The notes beneath the pieces are model-generated. The model saw only the letters and a program-made list of their open reading frames with translations, had not been told where the DNA came from and ran no database searches. A stretch of 64,000 nt of DNA from Planctomycetota bacterium. GTDB taxonomy: Bacteria; Planctomycetota; UBA1135; GCA-002686595. Of this stretch, positions 8,331 to 16,896 are shown in pieces (positions within the stretch are counted from its first letter, which is position 1; every line of letters starts with the position of its first letter). The translations under genes and the position numbers were made by a program. The stretch is from positions 1,272 through 65,271 of the forward strand of contig DASCMO010000144.1 in assembly GCA_036010965.1 (NCBI GenBank). The letters are read 5' to 3'.

Positions 8331-9269
8331 CTAGAAGCCGACGGCCAGGCCGACCGAGATCGTGTCGCTGCCGCCGCGGTCGTCCATGTTGACCTGCCAC
8401 TTGATGTCATGGCCGCTGACGTACTTGTTGACGCCGATCGTCATGGTGTCGTCGGATCCGTCATCGGCATCTTCGAGGCGGACGCCGAGCTCCCAGTTGC
8501 CGGTGAAGGCGTAGGTCACGGTGATGGCCGTGGGGGTCGCAGCGTCGGTGTCGACCATCTCTACCGAACCGGAGAACTGGCCACTGGTGAAGTAGGCCTC
8601 GGCGTAGGTGGCGTCGGCGCCGGAGGCGCCGTCGTCGCTGAAGGCAAGCGCTATCGAGAGGCAGGTGCCATCGCCGGCGCCGTAGGCACCTTCATTGGTG
8701 CTGCCCGCGCCGTCGCCCATGAGGTCCATGGCCACGCGGCCGGTGATGTTGTAGTCATCGGCCGGACCGTCGGAGCCATCCTGAACTGCGAGTGCCCAAC
8801 CGACAGTACCCATGTCGCCGTTCACCATCAGGCCACCATCACGGCCTGCATTGCCGCCGCCGAGGGCGGAGCGGTCGATGAAGAAGGTCTGGTTGCGGTC
8901 GATCAACGCGCTGGTGAGAGTGGGCGCGCGGAAGGCACCCATCGTTGCGGACAAGCCGCCGATGCCAAACGTCGCATAGGCGTCCACAACTGCGGACATG
9001 TCGGTGGTGACATGGTAGCCGTAGTCGCCGTTCGACCCGCTGATGTCCAGGCGCACGTCACTGACGTCAAAGTCGCCTGTGTCAGTGTCGCTGTTGCTGT
9101 CGTAGGTGGTGATTAGCCAGCCACCGAAAGACGGGCCGCCGTCAAGCGTGGACAGAGTCGAGGACAGCGCCTCGAGTTCCCGATCCAGCTCCGGCCACTC
9201 CGTCTCGGAGGCAAAGCCTGTGGCGCAGACCAGCGAGCTGGCCAGCGCGGTTGTGAAGAACTTGTTCAT
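8331..9269 (-). CDS. Outer-membrane beta-barrel porin-like protein
   Basis: Signal peptide MNKFFTTALASSLVCATGFA. Gly/Asp/Thr-rich alternating beta-strand pattern with a C-terminal ...ISVGLAVGF ending in Phe. GGAG about 10-13 nt upstream of the ATG. Confidence 0.7.
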   Translation of the reverse strand: MNKFFTTALASSLVCATGFASETEWPELDRELEALSSTLSTLDGGPSFGGWLITTYDSNSDTDTGDFDVSDVRLDISGSNGDYGYHVTTDMSAVVDAYATFGIGGLSATMGAFRAPTLTSALIDRNQTFFIDRSALGGGNAGRDGGLMVNGDMGTVGWALAVQDGSDGPADDYNITGRVAMDLMGDGAGSTNEGAYGAGDGTCLSIALAFSDDGASGADATYAEAYFTSGQFSGSVEMVDTDAATPTAITVTYAFTGNWELGVRLEDADDGSDDTMTIGVNKYVSGHDIKWQVNMDDRGGSDTISVGLAVGF

Positions 9270-9707
9270 GAGAGTTGCACTCCAAAGGAGAGAAGAGAGA
9301 CCACAGAGAGAAAGGGATGGGGTCTAGAGCGCGCAGAGAATGCCCTGCGCCCGGGGCCAGGAAAAGCCCCCAGCACGGAAAATCGTGCTGAGAACTGACC
9401 CACAAGATCGGCGGGGACCTCCGTGCCATGCCCCAAAAGCGCCTCAGACCCTGCCTGGAGACCTAAAGCCTTGAAAGACAGGGACTTGGAGCTGGGACTC
9501 GAGGGCTCGAAGAGCCCCCTCAGAGGCCGAGCGGAGGACGGGAATGTGCTCCCGGCGTCCTTTCGGGGCCCCTCCGTTACTCGGTGAGTCATCCCTAAGT
9601 GGTTCTGGAAAAGAGGGTTGTGTCTCCCGATGCCGTGCCCGAGGAGCATCCGGCGAGCCGGGGATCGGCGGTCCACGCCGACCGGGAACCTATCCGGCTG
9701 CGGTCCG

Positions 9708-9778
9708 CCCGGGAGGGTGAAAAGTCCCCGTCACGGCGGGGAGATTCCCAGGGACGGGCCTGGGCCCCCCCTCCCGGG
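9708..9778. other. 71-nt three-way-junction-forming element in the arfB-porin spacer
   Basis: Outer 10-bp stem CCCGGGAGGG (9708-9717) with CCCTCCCGGG (9769-9778). It encloses hairpins TCCCCG/CGGGGA (9725-9742) and CCCAGG/CCTGGG (9747-9764). Confidence 0.4.
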
Positions 9779-9847
9779 TCCCTGCATGGCACTTTACGGG
9801 CCGCAGAGGGCTTGCGGGGCCCAGGGAGCGAGGTTCGGCGCTCCGGT

Positions 9848-10267
9848 CTACTCCAGGTCCCGCCGCTCACGCTTGGTCTGGGAGCGCCGCTTCTTCTCCT
9901 CCAGGCGTCGCCGGACGGAGGAGCGCGTGGGGCGCGTGGGGCGCCGGGGCTTGCGTACCGCCGTGGCCTCGCGCAGGAGGACCGCCAGGCGCTCGCGGGC
10001 GTCCTCGAGGTTTCGGGCGCGCTGGCGGGTGCGGGAGGAGGACAGGATCAGCTCGCCCTCTGCCGTCAAGCGCGCCCCCAGGCGCTCCAGGGCGCGCGCC
10101 CGCTGGGGCTCGGAGAGGGCCGGGCTGTTCGCCACGTGGAAGCGCAGGGTCACGCGCGTCTCCACCTTGTTGACGTTCTGGCCGCCCGGGCCCCCCGAGC
10201 GCGAGAAGGAGACCGCCAGCTCCTCGGGCGCGATCACCAGGCGGGAGGTCACACGCAGGGGCTCCAT
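9848..10267 (-). CDS. arfB: Alternative ribosome-rescue factor ArfB (peptidyl-tRNA hydrolase, GGQ class)
   Basis: 139 aa, GGQ motif SRSGGPGGQNVNKVETRV, basic C-terminal tail RRRLEEKKRRSQTKRERR. Confidence 0.9.
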   Translation of the reverse strand: MEPLRVTSRLVIAPEELAVSFSRSGGPGGQNVNKVETRVTLRFHVANSPALSEPQRARALERLGARLTAEGELILSSSRTRQRARNLEDARERLAVLLREATAVRKPRRPTRPTRSSVRRRLEEKKRRSQTKRERRDLE

Positions 10268-10311
10268 ATAGAGGAAGGTATATAGAGGAAGGTAAGGTGG
10301 GCCGGCCGCGC

Positions 10312-10617
10312 TCAGCCCATCCCAGGATCGTCCCTGCGCAGGGCGATGAAGGTGAAGATCCCCGTGTCGTGCCCGTCGGAGAAGCGCAAGGTCAGGGCGT
10401 AGTTGCCCACCAGGCGCAGGTTCTCATGGGTCAAATCGTCGGGAACCCCCGCCGGATCGTGGCTCCGCACGCCGGTGACCTCGTTGACGCACCCGGCGCA
10501 GGGGCAGAGGCCGCGCAGCTGGGGTGTGCTGAAGGTGGTCACTTGCCCGTCGGTCCACTCGATGCGCACGAGCGTGGGGTCGCTGCCGGTGATGACCTTG
10601 GGCTGGGCGGATGTCAT
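10312..10617 (-). CDS. DUF971 family protein (gamma-butyrobetaine hydroxylase N-terminal-like, Zn-binding)
   Basis: 101 aa with VRIEWTDGQ...LRGLCPCAGC...NYALTLRFSDGHDTGIF. The ATG lies only 4 nt downstream of the tRNA-Phe 3' end. Confidence 0.8.
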   Translation of the reverse strand: MTSAQPKVITGSDPTLVRIEWTDGQVTTFSTPQLRGLCPCAGCVNEVTGVRSHDPAGVPDDLTHENLRLVGNYALTLRFSDGHDTGIFTFIALRRDDPGMG

Positions 10618-10621
10618 GGGC

Positions 10622-10697
10622 TGGTGGGCGGGACCGGACTTGAACCGGTGACCCCTTGATTTTCAGTCAAGTGCTCTACCAACTGAGCTACCCGCCC
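10622..10697 (-). tRNA. tRNA-Phe (anticodon GAA), CCA encoded
   Basis: Minus-strand read: GGGCGGGTAGCTCAGTTGGTAGAGCACTTGACTGAAAATCAAGGGGTCACCGGTTCAAGTCCGGTCCCGCCCACCA. It folds as a 7-bp acceptor, D arm GCTC/GAGC, anticodon loop CTGAAAA and T arm ACCGG/CCGGT with a TTCAAGT loop. Confidence 0.95.
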
Positions 10698-10709
10698 TAC
10701 GGAGCGCAG

Positions 10710-10737
10710 ATTATGCCGCCCCAGGGGCGCGGGGCAA
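10710..10737 (-). promoter_or_regulatory. Candidate promoter of the tRNA-Phe transcription unit
   Basis: Minus-strand TTGCCC, a 16-nt spacer, then CATAAT. The -10 element ends 12 nt upstream of the mature tRNA 5' end. Confidence 0.45.
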
Positions 10738-10777
10738 CTCCCGGCTGGGGGACAGTCGCGCCCGGAGGACGCTCCCC

Positions 10778-11722
10778 TCACAGCACCCGCTCGAGCACCT
10801 CGCGGGCGCGCTCCACGTCCCGCCCGATCTGAGCCCGCAGGGCGTCGAGGTCGGCGAAGCGCTGCTCGGCCCGCAGGCGGGCCACGAACTCGAGTTCGAG
10901 CCGCGCGCCGTAGAGGTCCCGCTGCAGGTCGAGCACGTGCACCTCCACCAGGGGCTCAAGCGGGGCCTGTTCGTCCACCGTGGGCCGGAATCCGATGTTG
11001 CAGGCGGCGGGCAGGGGCGGGGCGGCGGTTCCAGCGGCCTCTGGCAGGTGGGCGAAGCAGGCGTAGACACCCGGCGGGGGGTGGAGCTGGTGGTCCAGGT
11101 CCAGGTTGGCGGTCGGGAAGCCCAGCTCGCGGCCCAGCTCGGAGCCCCGCACCACCCTTCCGAAGGCGCTCACCCTGCGCCCGAGCATGCGCGCCGCCCC
11201 GTCCAGGTCTCCCAGTTCAACGGCCTCGCGGATGGCCGTGCTCGAGACCGCCCGCTCGCCCACGACCACCTTGCCCACGACCTCGACGTCGTGGCCGAGC
11301 TCTCGCAGGAGCCCGGGCGTCCCCCTGCGGTCGCGGCCGAACTTGCTGTCGAAGCCGAGCACGAAGGCGACCGCCCCCAGGCGCTCCACGAGCAGCTCGT
11401 CCACGAAGGCCTCGGCCCCCATCGCTCGCAACTCCTCGTCGAACTCCAGGACCAGGGTGTGGGCCACGCCGGCCCGCGCGAAGAGCTCGAGCCGGTGGTC
11501 GAGGGGCGTCAGGGTGCGCGGGGCGTGGCCCAGGAGGAGGCCCTTGGGGTGTCGGGCGAAGGTGACCACCGTGGGCGCGGCGCCCAGGGTCTCGGCGCGC
11601 GCCAGGTTGGCCTCCAGGATGGCTCGATGGCCGAGGTGGACCCCGTCGAAGACCCCGATCGAGACCACCGCGCCCCCTTCCAGGGCCGGCGGCAGGTCCG
11701 GCGCTCCGCGGCTGACGATCAT
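10778..11722 (-). CDS. ribF: Bifunctional riboflavin kinase / FAD synthetase
   Basis: Track ORF 10778..12187 trimmed to ATG 11722. MIVSRG... parallels the canonical RibF N-terminus. Motifs [24 protein letters not shown] and FRPT. An alternative ATG at 11755 would overlap def. Confidence 0.9.
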   Translation of the reverse strand: MIVSRGAPDLPPALEGGAVVSIGVFDGVHLGHRAILEANLARAETLGAAPTVVTFARHPKGLLLGHAPRTLTPLDHRLELFARAGVAHTLVLEFDEELRAMGAEAFVDELLVERLGAVAFVLGFDSKFGRDRRGTPGLLRELGHDVEVVGKVVVGERAVSSTAIREAVELGDLDGAARMLGRRVSAFGRVVRGSELGRELGFPTANLDLDHQLHPPPGVYACFAHLPEAAGTAAPPLPAACNIGFRPTVDEQAPLEPLVEVHVLDLQRDLYGARLELEFVARLRAEQRFADLDALRAQIGRDVERAREVLERVL

Positions 11723-11747
11723 CGTCCGCGGCGGGGGGCCACCCGCC

Positions 11748-12281
11748 TCAGCCATCCGCCCGCGAGGCCTGGTAGGCCTCGACCAGCTCCTCGAGGAAGG
11801 GCCGGTTGCGCAGCTTGTCGGCTGGGGACATGCGATCGACCAGCAGGACCCCCTCCAGGTGATCGAACTCGTGCTGCACGATGCGGCTCGTGAAGCCCTC
11901 GTAGGTCGCTTCCAGGGGCGTTCCGGCGGCATCGACGGCCACGACCGTGCAGCGCTCGGGCCGCCGGATCTCGGCGTAGATGCTCGGAAAGGAGAGGCAG
12001 CCCTCCTCGTGCAGGGTGACGGGCCCCGAGCGGTCGACGATCTCGGGATTGACGAGCACCAGGTCGTCCTCGGGGTCGCCCGTGGGGTTGAGGACCAGGA
12101 TTCGCCGCCGATCGCCGACCTGGGGCGCGGCCAGGCCAACTCCCTGGTTGCGGCGCATGCAATCGAGCATGGCCTCCACGAAGGCACCGAGGTCGGTGCC
12201 GAAGGTCTCCACCGCCACGGCCCGCTTGCGCAGGACGGGCTCGGGGTAGAGGGTCAGCTGGAGTTCGAGGGCTTCGGACAT
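11748..12281 (-). CDS. def: Peptide deformylase
   Basis: Track ORF 11748..12572 trimmed to ATG 12281. Motifs GVGLAAPQ, EGCLSFP and QHEFDHLEG. Confidence 0.92.
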   Translation of the reverse strand: MSEALELQLTLYPEPVLRKRAVAVETFGTDLGAFVEAMLDCMRRNQGVGLAAPQVGDRRRILVLNPTGDPEDDLVLVNPEIVDRSGPVTLHEEGCLSFPSIYAEIRRPERCTVVAVDAAGTPLEATYEGFTSRIVQHEFDHLEGVLLVDRMSPADKLRNRPFLEELVEAYQASRADG

Positions 12282-12419
12282 CGCGGGTGCGGGGCGGGGC
12301 GGGGTGGGTGAGCGAGCGGGTGAGGATAGCCCGCGTTGACCGTCCGACGCCGCGTCCATAAGATTTTCCGCCCCCCTGCGGGTCTGCGGACGGTAGGGGC
12401 TGAACGGGCGAGCTGAAGA

Positions 12420-13751
12420 TTGGACTTCTCCAAGCACATCCAGAAGGCGGAAGAGGCGGCGCGGAGGAAGAACTACAACTTCGCCATCGAGCTGTACCAG
12501 CAGCTGCTGGAGATCGATCCCGACCAGGGCGATGCGCGAGCTGGGCTGCGGCGCGTGCTCATGAAGCGCCACGCGGGCAAGAAGGGTGGGCGCTTCCTAC
12601 GCGCACTCTCGGGCGCCGCTCCGCTCACCGTGGCCCACACCCTGCGCAAGGCCGGTCGGCACGACGCCTGCGCCAAGTCGCTCGAGTCCTACCTGACCAC
12701 TAGCCCGCTCGACGTCGATGCCAACCTGATGCTCGGTCAGGAGCTGGAGGCGGCCGGGCACTATCAGTCAGCCCGCGCGGTGTACGAGTTCGTGACCGAG
12801 CTCGATCCGCGCAACCCCGAGGGCCTCAAGAGCGCCGGAGAGATGGTTCGGCGCGCTGGCGACCCCGCCACGGCGCTGGAGTACTTCGAGCGCGCGCTCG
12901 AGGCCGATCCGCGCGACCAGGATGCTCTCAAGGCGCGCAAGAACCTGGCGGCGGAGACCGCCCTGCAGACCCAGGGTTTCGAGACCGCGCAGCACAGCCG
13001 CGATCAGATCAAGGACAAGGACGAGGCGCGCGCCCTCGAGCGCGCCCAGCGCATGCACCTCTCGGCCGACGAACTGGGCGAGGAACTCGCGCGGCTGGAG
13101 GGGCGCTTCAGCGAGGACTCCTCGAACCCGGACCTGATGATCGAGATGGCCGATGTCCACGAGAAGCTCAAGGACCCCGAGGCAGCCCTCGACATGCTCG
13201 AGCGCGCGGCCGACTACCGCAAGGGCTCCTTCGACCTGGTCCGGCGCCTGGGAGGCCTGAAGGCGAAGGTCCTCAAGCGCAAGCTCTCCCGGGCGGACAG
13301 GGACGGCGACGCCGAGGGCGCGGGCAGGATCGAGGAGGAGTTGCGCGCTTTCCAGGCCGAGAACGCACGCAATCTCCTGGGGCTGCGCCCCGGAGACGCG
13401 GGTCTGCGGCTGCAGTTGGGCAAGCTCCTGCTGCGCTCAGGGGCGATCGACGAGGCCCTGGCGGAGTTCCAGAAGGCCGTCGAAGACCCGCGCCAGAAGG
13501 CCGACGCCCTCTTCTATCTGGGCCAGGCCTTCCAGAAGAAGGGGTTCCTGGACCTGTCGCGCAAGAACTTCGAGCGCGCCCTCGAGGGAGCGCCGGCCGG
13601 GGACGAACGGACCAAGGAGATCCTGTACAATCTCGGCGAGATCGCGGAGGCCGAGGGTGAGGGCGAGCTGGCTCGCTCCTGCTATTCCCGCATTTTCGAA
13701 GTCGACATTGGCTACCGCGACGTGGCCGCAAAAATGGAACGGTTCAAGTAG
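12420..13751 (+). CDS. TPR-repeat protein
   Basis: 443 aa with repeated TPR-like helical pairs (NYNFAIELYQQLLEIDPDQ, ARAVYEFVTELDPRNPE, ALEYFERALEADPRD and others). Apparent TTG start at 12420. Divergent from def. Confidence 0.75.
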   Translation: MDFSKHIQKAEEAARRKNYNFAIELYQQLLEIDPDQGDARAGLRRVLMKRHAGKKGGRFLRALSGAAPLTVAHTLRKAGRHDACAKSLESYLTTSPLDVDANLMLGQELEAAGHYQSARAVYEFVTELDPRNPEGLKSAGEMVRRAGDPATALEYFERALEADPRDQDALKARKNLAAETALQTQGFETAQHSRDQIKDKDEARALERAQRMHLSADELGEELARLEGRFSEDSSNPDLMIEMADVHEKLKDPEAALDMLERAADYRKGSFDLVRRLGGLKAKVLKRKLSRADRDGDAEGAGRIEEELRAFQAENARNLLGLRPGDAGLRLQLGKLLLRSGAIDEALAEFQKAVEDPRQKADALFYLGQAFQKKGFLDLSRKNFERALEGAPAGDERTKEILYNLGEIAEAEGEGELARSCYSRIFEVDIGYRDVAAKMERFK

Positions 13752-13763
13752 GTTCAAGAACAG

Positions 13764-14018
13764 ATGCCCAACAGCAAACAAGCGAGCAAGAGACTGGGTC
13801 AGAACGCGAAGCGGCGGGATGCCAACAAGGGTGTCCGCAGCGCCATGCGGTCCGCAGTGAAGAAGGTCACCGAGGCCGAGACGGCCGAGGAGGCCAAGGC
13901 CAAACTGCCCGAGGCCGTGCGGCGCGTGGACAAGGCGGCCCAGAACAACATCATCCACGGCAACGCAGCGGCGCGCGCGAAGCGGCAGCTGGCGAACGCC
14001 GTCAGTTCGAAGTCCTAG
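13764..14018 (+). CDS. rpsT: 30S ribosomal protein S20
   Basis: 84 aa, MPNSKQASKRLGQNAKRRDANKGVRSAMRSAVKKV...IHGNAAARAKRQLA. Confidence 0.92.
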   Translation: MPNSKQASKRLGQNAKRRDANKGVRSAMRSAVKKVTEAETAEEAKAKLPEAVRRVDKAAQNNIIHGNAAARAKRQLANAVSSKS

Positions 14019-14022
14019 CAGA

Positions 14023-14190
14023 CCGTTGAACGACGCCCTCCTGCGACTTCGCCCTCTCCGCCCCTGCCGCGTCAGGCCTGCTGATCGGTACTCGACGGCT
14101 CAGTTGGGTCGCCGGGGCCGGACCGGACTCGCCCTCCTTGCCCCGGTGAAGATGGCCTCGTCTCCTTGCGGGCCTCTTTCAACAAGCTGC
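14023..14190 (+). repeat. Structured intergenic repeat element, copy A
   Basis: The first 54 nt match copy B (36437-36490) at 44/54 ungapped positions, with a 17-nt identical core CGACTTCGCCCTCTCCG. The 3' part shares ordered blocks TTG, CCCCG, TCGTCTC, CGGGC, TTCAAC and TGCT. The ends pair as GTTGAA/TTCAAC. Confidence 0.7.
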
Positions 14191-14199
14191 TAGCTCGAC

Positions 14200-14544
14200 A
14201 TGGGCGGGCGCTGCGAGTCATCGGATCGCCACGCGAACCGAAACCTCAAGCCGCTGCGTGTGGCCATGCGGCGCGAGGATGTGCTGGCCGAAGTGCGATC
14301 GATGGTGGAGGACCTCGAGGGCTGGGAGTTGATCGAAGTCGACGATGAGCGGTTCACGCTCGTGTGCACGCGAGCTGGCAGCTTGCTGAGCGCGGCCTCT
14401 CGGATCACGATTCGGGTCGATGGACCCGAGGGCATTCCCTCGGCGGTCCTGACCGTGGACTCCCGCAGCGACGGCAGGGGGCTGTCCCGCGACCGCGCCA
14501 ACGTGGTCGAGTTCGTACGGCCCTTCGAGCGGCGCATCTGCTGA
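14200..14544 (+). CDS. DUF1499-like small protein
   Basis: 114 aa with good third-position GC. The C-terminal TVDSRSDGRGLSRDRANVVEF resembles the DUF1499 RSxSRxGxSDxGxNRxR pattern. An alternative start is ATG 14266. Confidence 0.5.
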   Translation: MGGRCESSDRHANRNLKPLRVAMRREDVLAEVRSMVEDLEGWELIEVDDERFTLVCTRAGSLLSAASRITIRVDGPEGIPSAVLTVDSRSDGRGLSRDRANVVEFVRPFERRIC

Positions 14545-14900
14545 TTGCCGGGCGCGCCTGGAAGGCCGGCGAGCCCAGACGAATCTCTTACAGTCGCCCC
14601 GGTAAGGGCAGTTGGAAGGTTTTTCCGGTGCGGCGAGCCCCGCATCCCGTCCCAGGGGCTCCAGGGCCGGTTGCGCGGCCTCAGAGGGCGCGCATGGTGG
14701 AGGCTGCCAGCATAAACCACCGTGATGAAGACGGGCAAAGTGGGTTCCCGGTTCCTCAGGCGTGGATTTTCTTGCCCAAGTATCTCGTTGGGAGGCCGAT
14801 TTCGGTTCAGAATGCAGGGGACGCGCGAGTTGCCGCCAGCATGGTCGTGCCTGTCTCTGAATCTCCCTCTACCCCTCTGCTACAACGAGGATTGATTGAA

Positions 14901-15440
14901 ATGAAGCGCATTATCCCGCTCTGCACCGCGGCCCTGTTGGCCGGCGCTGCCTTGGGTCTGGCCCAGATCGAGCGACTGACCTTGCCCCAGATGGTGGCCA
15001 AGACCGACGGTTCGGTCCACGGCACCATCACCGCGCGCGAGGTCATCCGCATCGACCACCCCATCGACGGACCCGAGCTCTACTACACGCACCTGACCAT
15101 CGAGGGAACGTCCCTCGAGAACGGCCAGAAGACTAGCGTCGTCGTCACCTATCCCGGTGGCTGGATCGACGACGAGCAGGGCGTGAACAACTCCGAGGCT
15201 CCCGCCGAGGACGACGTGAAGATCGGTAACGAAATCGTGGCCTTCTATAAGTGGTCCGACAACATGGGCGGCGACCTCGCCGCGAACGCGCTCTACGCCT
15301 CCCACGGCGGCCTGTATCAGGTCGTCAGCGGCCGGACCCAGCAAGTGGTCCTGGGCCAGGGCGAGGGCTATGCGGTCTCGAGCAACATCGCTCTCGGCGA
15401 TCTCGGCCAGCAGGTCAAGTCGCTGGCTGAAGGTAAGTGA
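14901..15440 (+). CDS. Secreted protein, unknown function
   Basis: Track ORF 14364..15440 trimmed to ATG 14901. Signal peptide MKRIIPLCTAALLAGAALGLAQ. Its stop lies 14 nt before the metalloprotease start. Confidence 0.6.
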   Translation: MKRIIPLCTAALLAGAALGLAQIERLTLPQMVAKTDGSVHGTITAREVIRIDHPIDGPELYYTHLTIEGTSLENGQKTSVVVTYPGGWIDDEQGVNNSEAPAEDDVKIGNEIVAFYKWSDNMGGDLAANALYASHGGLYQVVSGRTQQVVLGQGEGYAVSSNIALGDLGQQVKSLAEGK

Positions 15441-15454
15441 GGAGGAAGCACACA

Positions 15455-16843
15455 ATGAGAATCAAGAATCTGATCCTACCCACGGTTGCTCTCGGCACCG
15501 CCGCGTTGATGACCGTTCCGGCCCAGGAGGCCGAGGGCTACAGCCTGCTGGGCTTCGCCTTGAGCCACACCCAGCGCGACTTCCGTGTCTACAACAACTT
15601 CACGGACTCCCAGGCCAACAACAACCAGGTGCCCGACGACAACTTCCCCGGCTATCAGGGAGCGGTCATGGCGATCTGGAAGGGAAGCATCGAGTGGCAG
15701 AGCACCCTGCACAACGACGGCAACGGAGACCCTCACCAGAACGGTGGTCTCGGCTCCGGCGGCGCAAACTTCGACCCCTCGTTTCAGGGTGAACACACCA
15801 ACACCGGTGGCATCAACGACAACACCCACTCTGGCCTGAGCGGCGGGAGCGGTGGCGTCCTGGCCTTCACCGAGAGCCCCAGCTCCAACGGCTGGCGCAT
15901 CCGCTACTACGAGAGCTGGACCTGGCACGACGGCCCGGGGACCAACATCGGCGGGATCTGCCTGCAGGGCGTTGCCTGTCACGAGGCCGGCCACGCCTAC
16001 GGCCTGGGCCACAGCACCGTGAGCGGCACGACGATGTACCCCTCGATCTCCGGCTCGGGGGTCGTGGCGCGTTCGATCGCCACCGACGACAGCAACGGTA
16101 TCAAGGCTGCCTACGGCACCGCCAACAGCAGCAAGCCGACGATCACCGGCGTCAGCGTCTCCGGTAGCACGATCACGGTCACGGGCACGAACTTTGACAG
16201 TTCGGGCAACCAGATCTGGCTCACCCAGGCGGGCATCGGCGGCAACGGCACGCCGATCAAGATCACGAACCTGACCTCGAACGGGACCTCGGTCTCCGGA
16301 ACCCTGCCCTCGACGGCGGGACCCGGAGATGTCCTCGTGCGCCGCAACGGCGGTTCGCACGCTGACCTGTCCGAGGCTTTTCCCAGCGATCTCGAGGGCG
16401 GCGGCGGCGGCGGGACTTGCCCCGCGCCCACCAATGTCTGCGTGACCTCGCCCAACTCTGTGGGTGGAGGCATGGTCATGAGCTACACGGGCGAGGCCAG
16501 CATGACCACCCAGAGCCTCACCCTGGAAGCTTTCGGCGGCCCCGCGAACCAGATGGGGATCTTCTACTACGGTCCGGACCTGATCCAGGCGCCCTTCGGC
16601 AACGGCGTGCGCTGCGTGGGCGCCGGGTTCCTCGGGACCTACCGCCTGCCGATCATCCAGATGGATCTCTTCGGTGACGCCTCTTACACGGTGGACTGGA
16701 ACAGTCCCCCGATCGGCGTCTCCGGCAACGGGCAGTGGGTCGACGGCGATATCTGGTACACCCAGTTCTGGTACCGGGATCCCGCTGATGGCGGCGCGAA
16801 CTTCAACTTCTCCGACGCCCTCGAAATCGAGATCTGCCCGTGA
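15455..16843 (+). CDS. Secreted matrixin/metzincin-type zinc metalloprotease with an IPT/TIG-like domain and a Cys-containing C-terminal domain
   Basis: ATG 15455 with GAGGAGG about 9 nt upstream. Signal peptide, then zinc site VACHEAGHAYGLGH (HExxHxxGxxH) and Met-turn TTMYP. ITGVSVSGSTITVTGTNF is IPT-like. The C-terminal domain ends FWYRDP...NFSDALEIEICP. Confidence 0.85.
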   Translation: MRIKNLILPTVALGTAALMTVPAQEAEGYSLLGFALSHTQRDFRVYNNFTDSQANNNQVPDDNFPGYQGAVMAIWKGSIEWQSTLHNDGNGDPHQNGGLGSGGANFDPSFQGEHTNTGGINDNTHSGLSGGSGGVLAFTESPSSNGWRIRYYESWTWHDGPGTNIGGICLQGVACHEAGHAYGLGHSTVSGTTMYPSISGSGVVARSIATDDSNGIKAAYGTANSSKPTITGVSVSGSTITVTGTNFDSSGNQIWLTQAGIGGNGTPIKITNLTSNGTSVSGTLPSTAGPGDVLVRRNGGSHADLSEAFPSDLEGGGGGGTCPAPTNVCVTSPNSVGGGMVMSYTGEASMTTQSLTLEAFGGPANQMGIFYYGPDLIQAPFGNGVRCVGAGFLGTYRLPIIQMDLFGDASYTVDWNSPPIGVSGNGQWVDGDIWYTQFWYRDPADGGANFNFSDALEIEICP

Positions 16844-16896
16844 CCCCGTGAGGGCGCCGCCCCTCCCTGGGGAGGCGCCTGACTCGACCGCATGCT

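Noticed and set aside
9700-9745. GGGAGGGTGAAAAGTCC resembles the GGTGxxAAxxCC core of cobalamin riboswitches and vaguely the GGAAAGTCC of RNase P RNA.
   Set aside because: No B12 box (GCCACTG-like) or other conserved riboswitch segments follow, and no P4/ACAGAA-type RNase P elements are present. On the plus strand there is no downstream gene to regulate. It is retained only as an unexplained structured element.
10622-10777. Possible integration hotspot or genomic island at tRNA-Phe.
   Set aside because: No integrase, direct repeat of the tRNA 3' end, or compositional break was found on either side. The flanking genes are core housekeeping (ribF, def, arfB).
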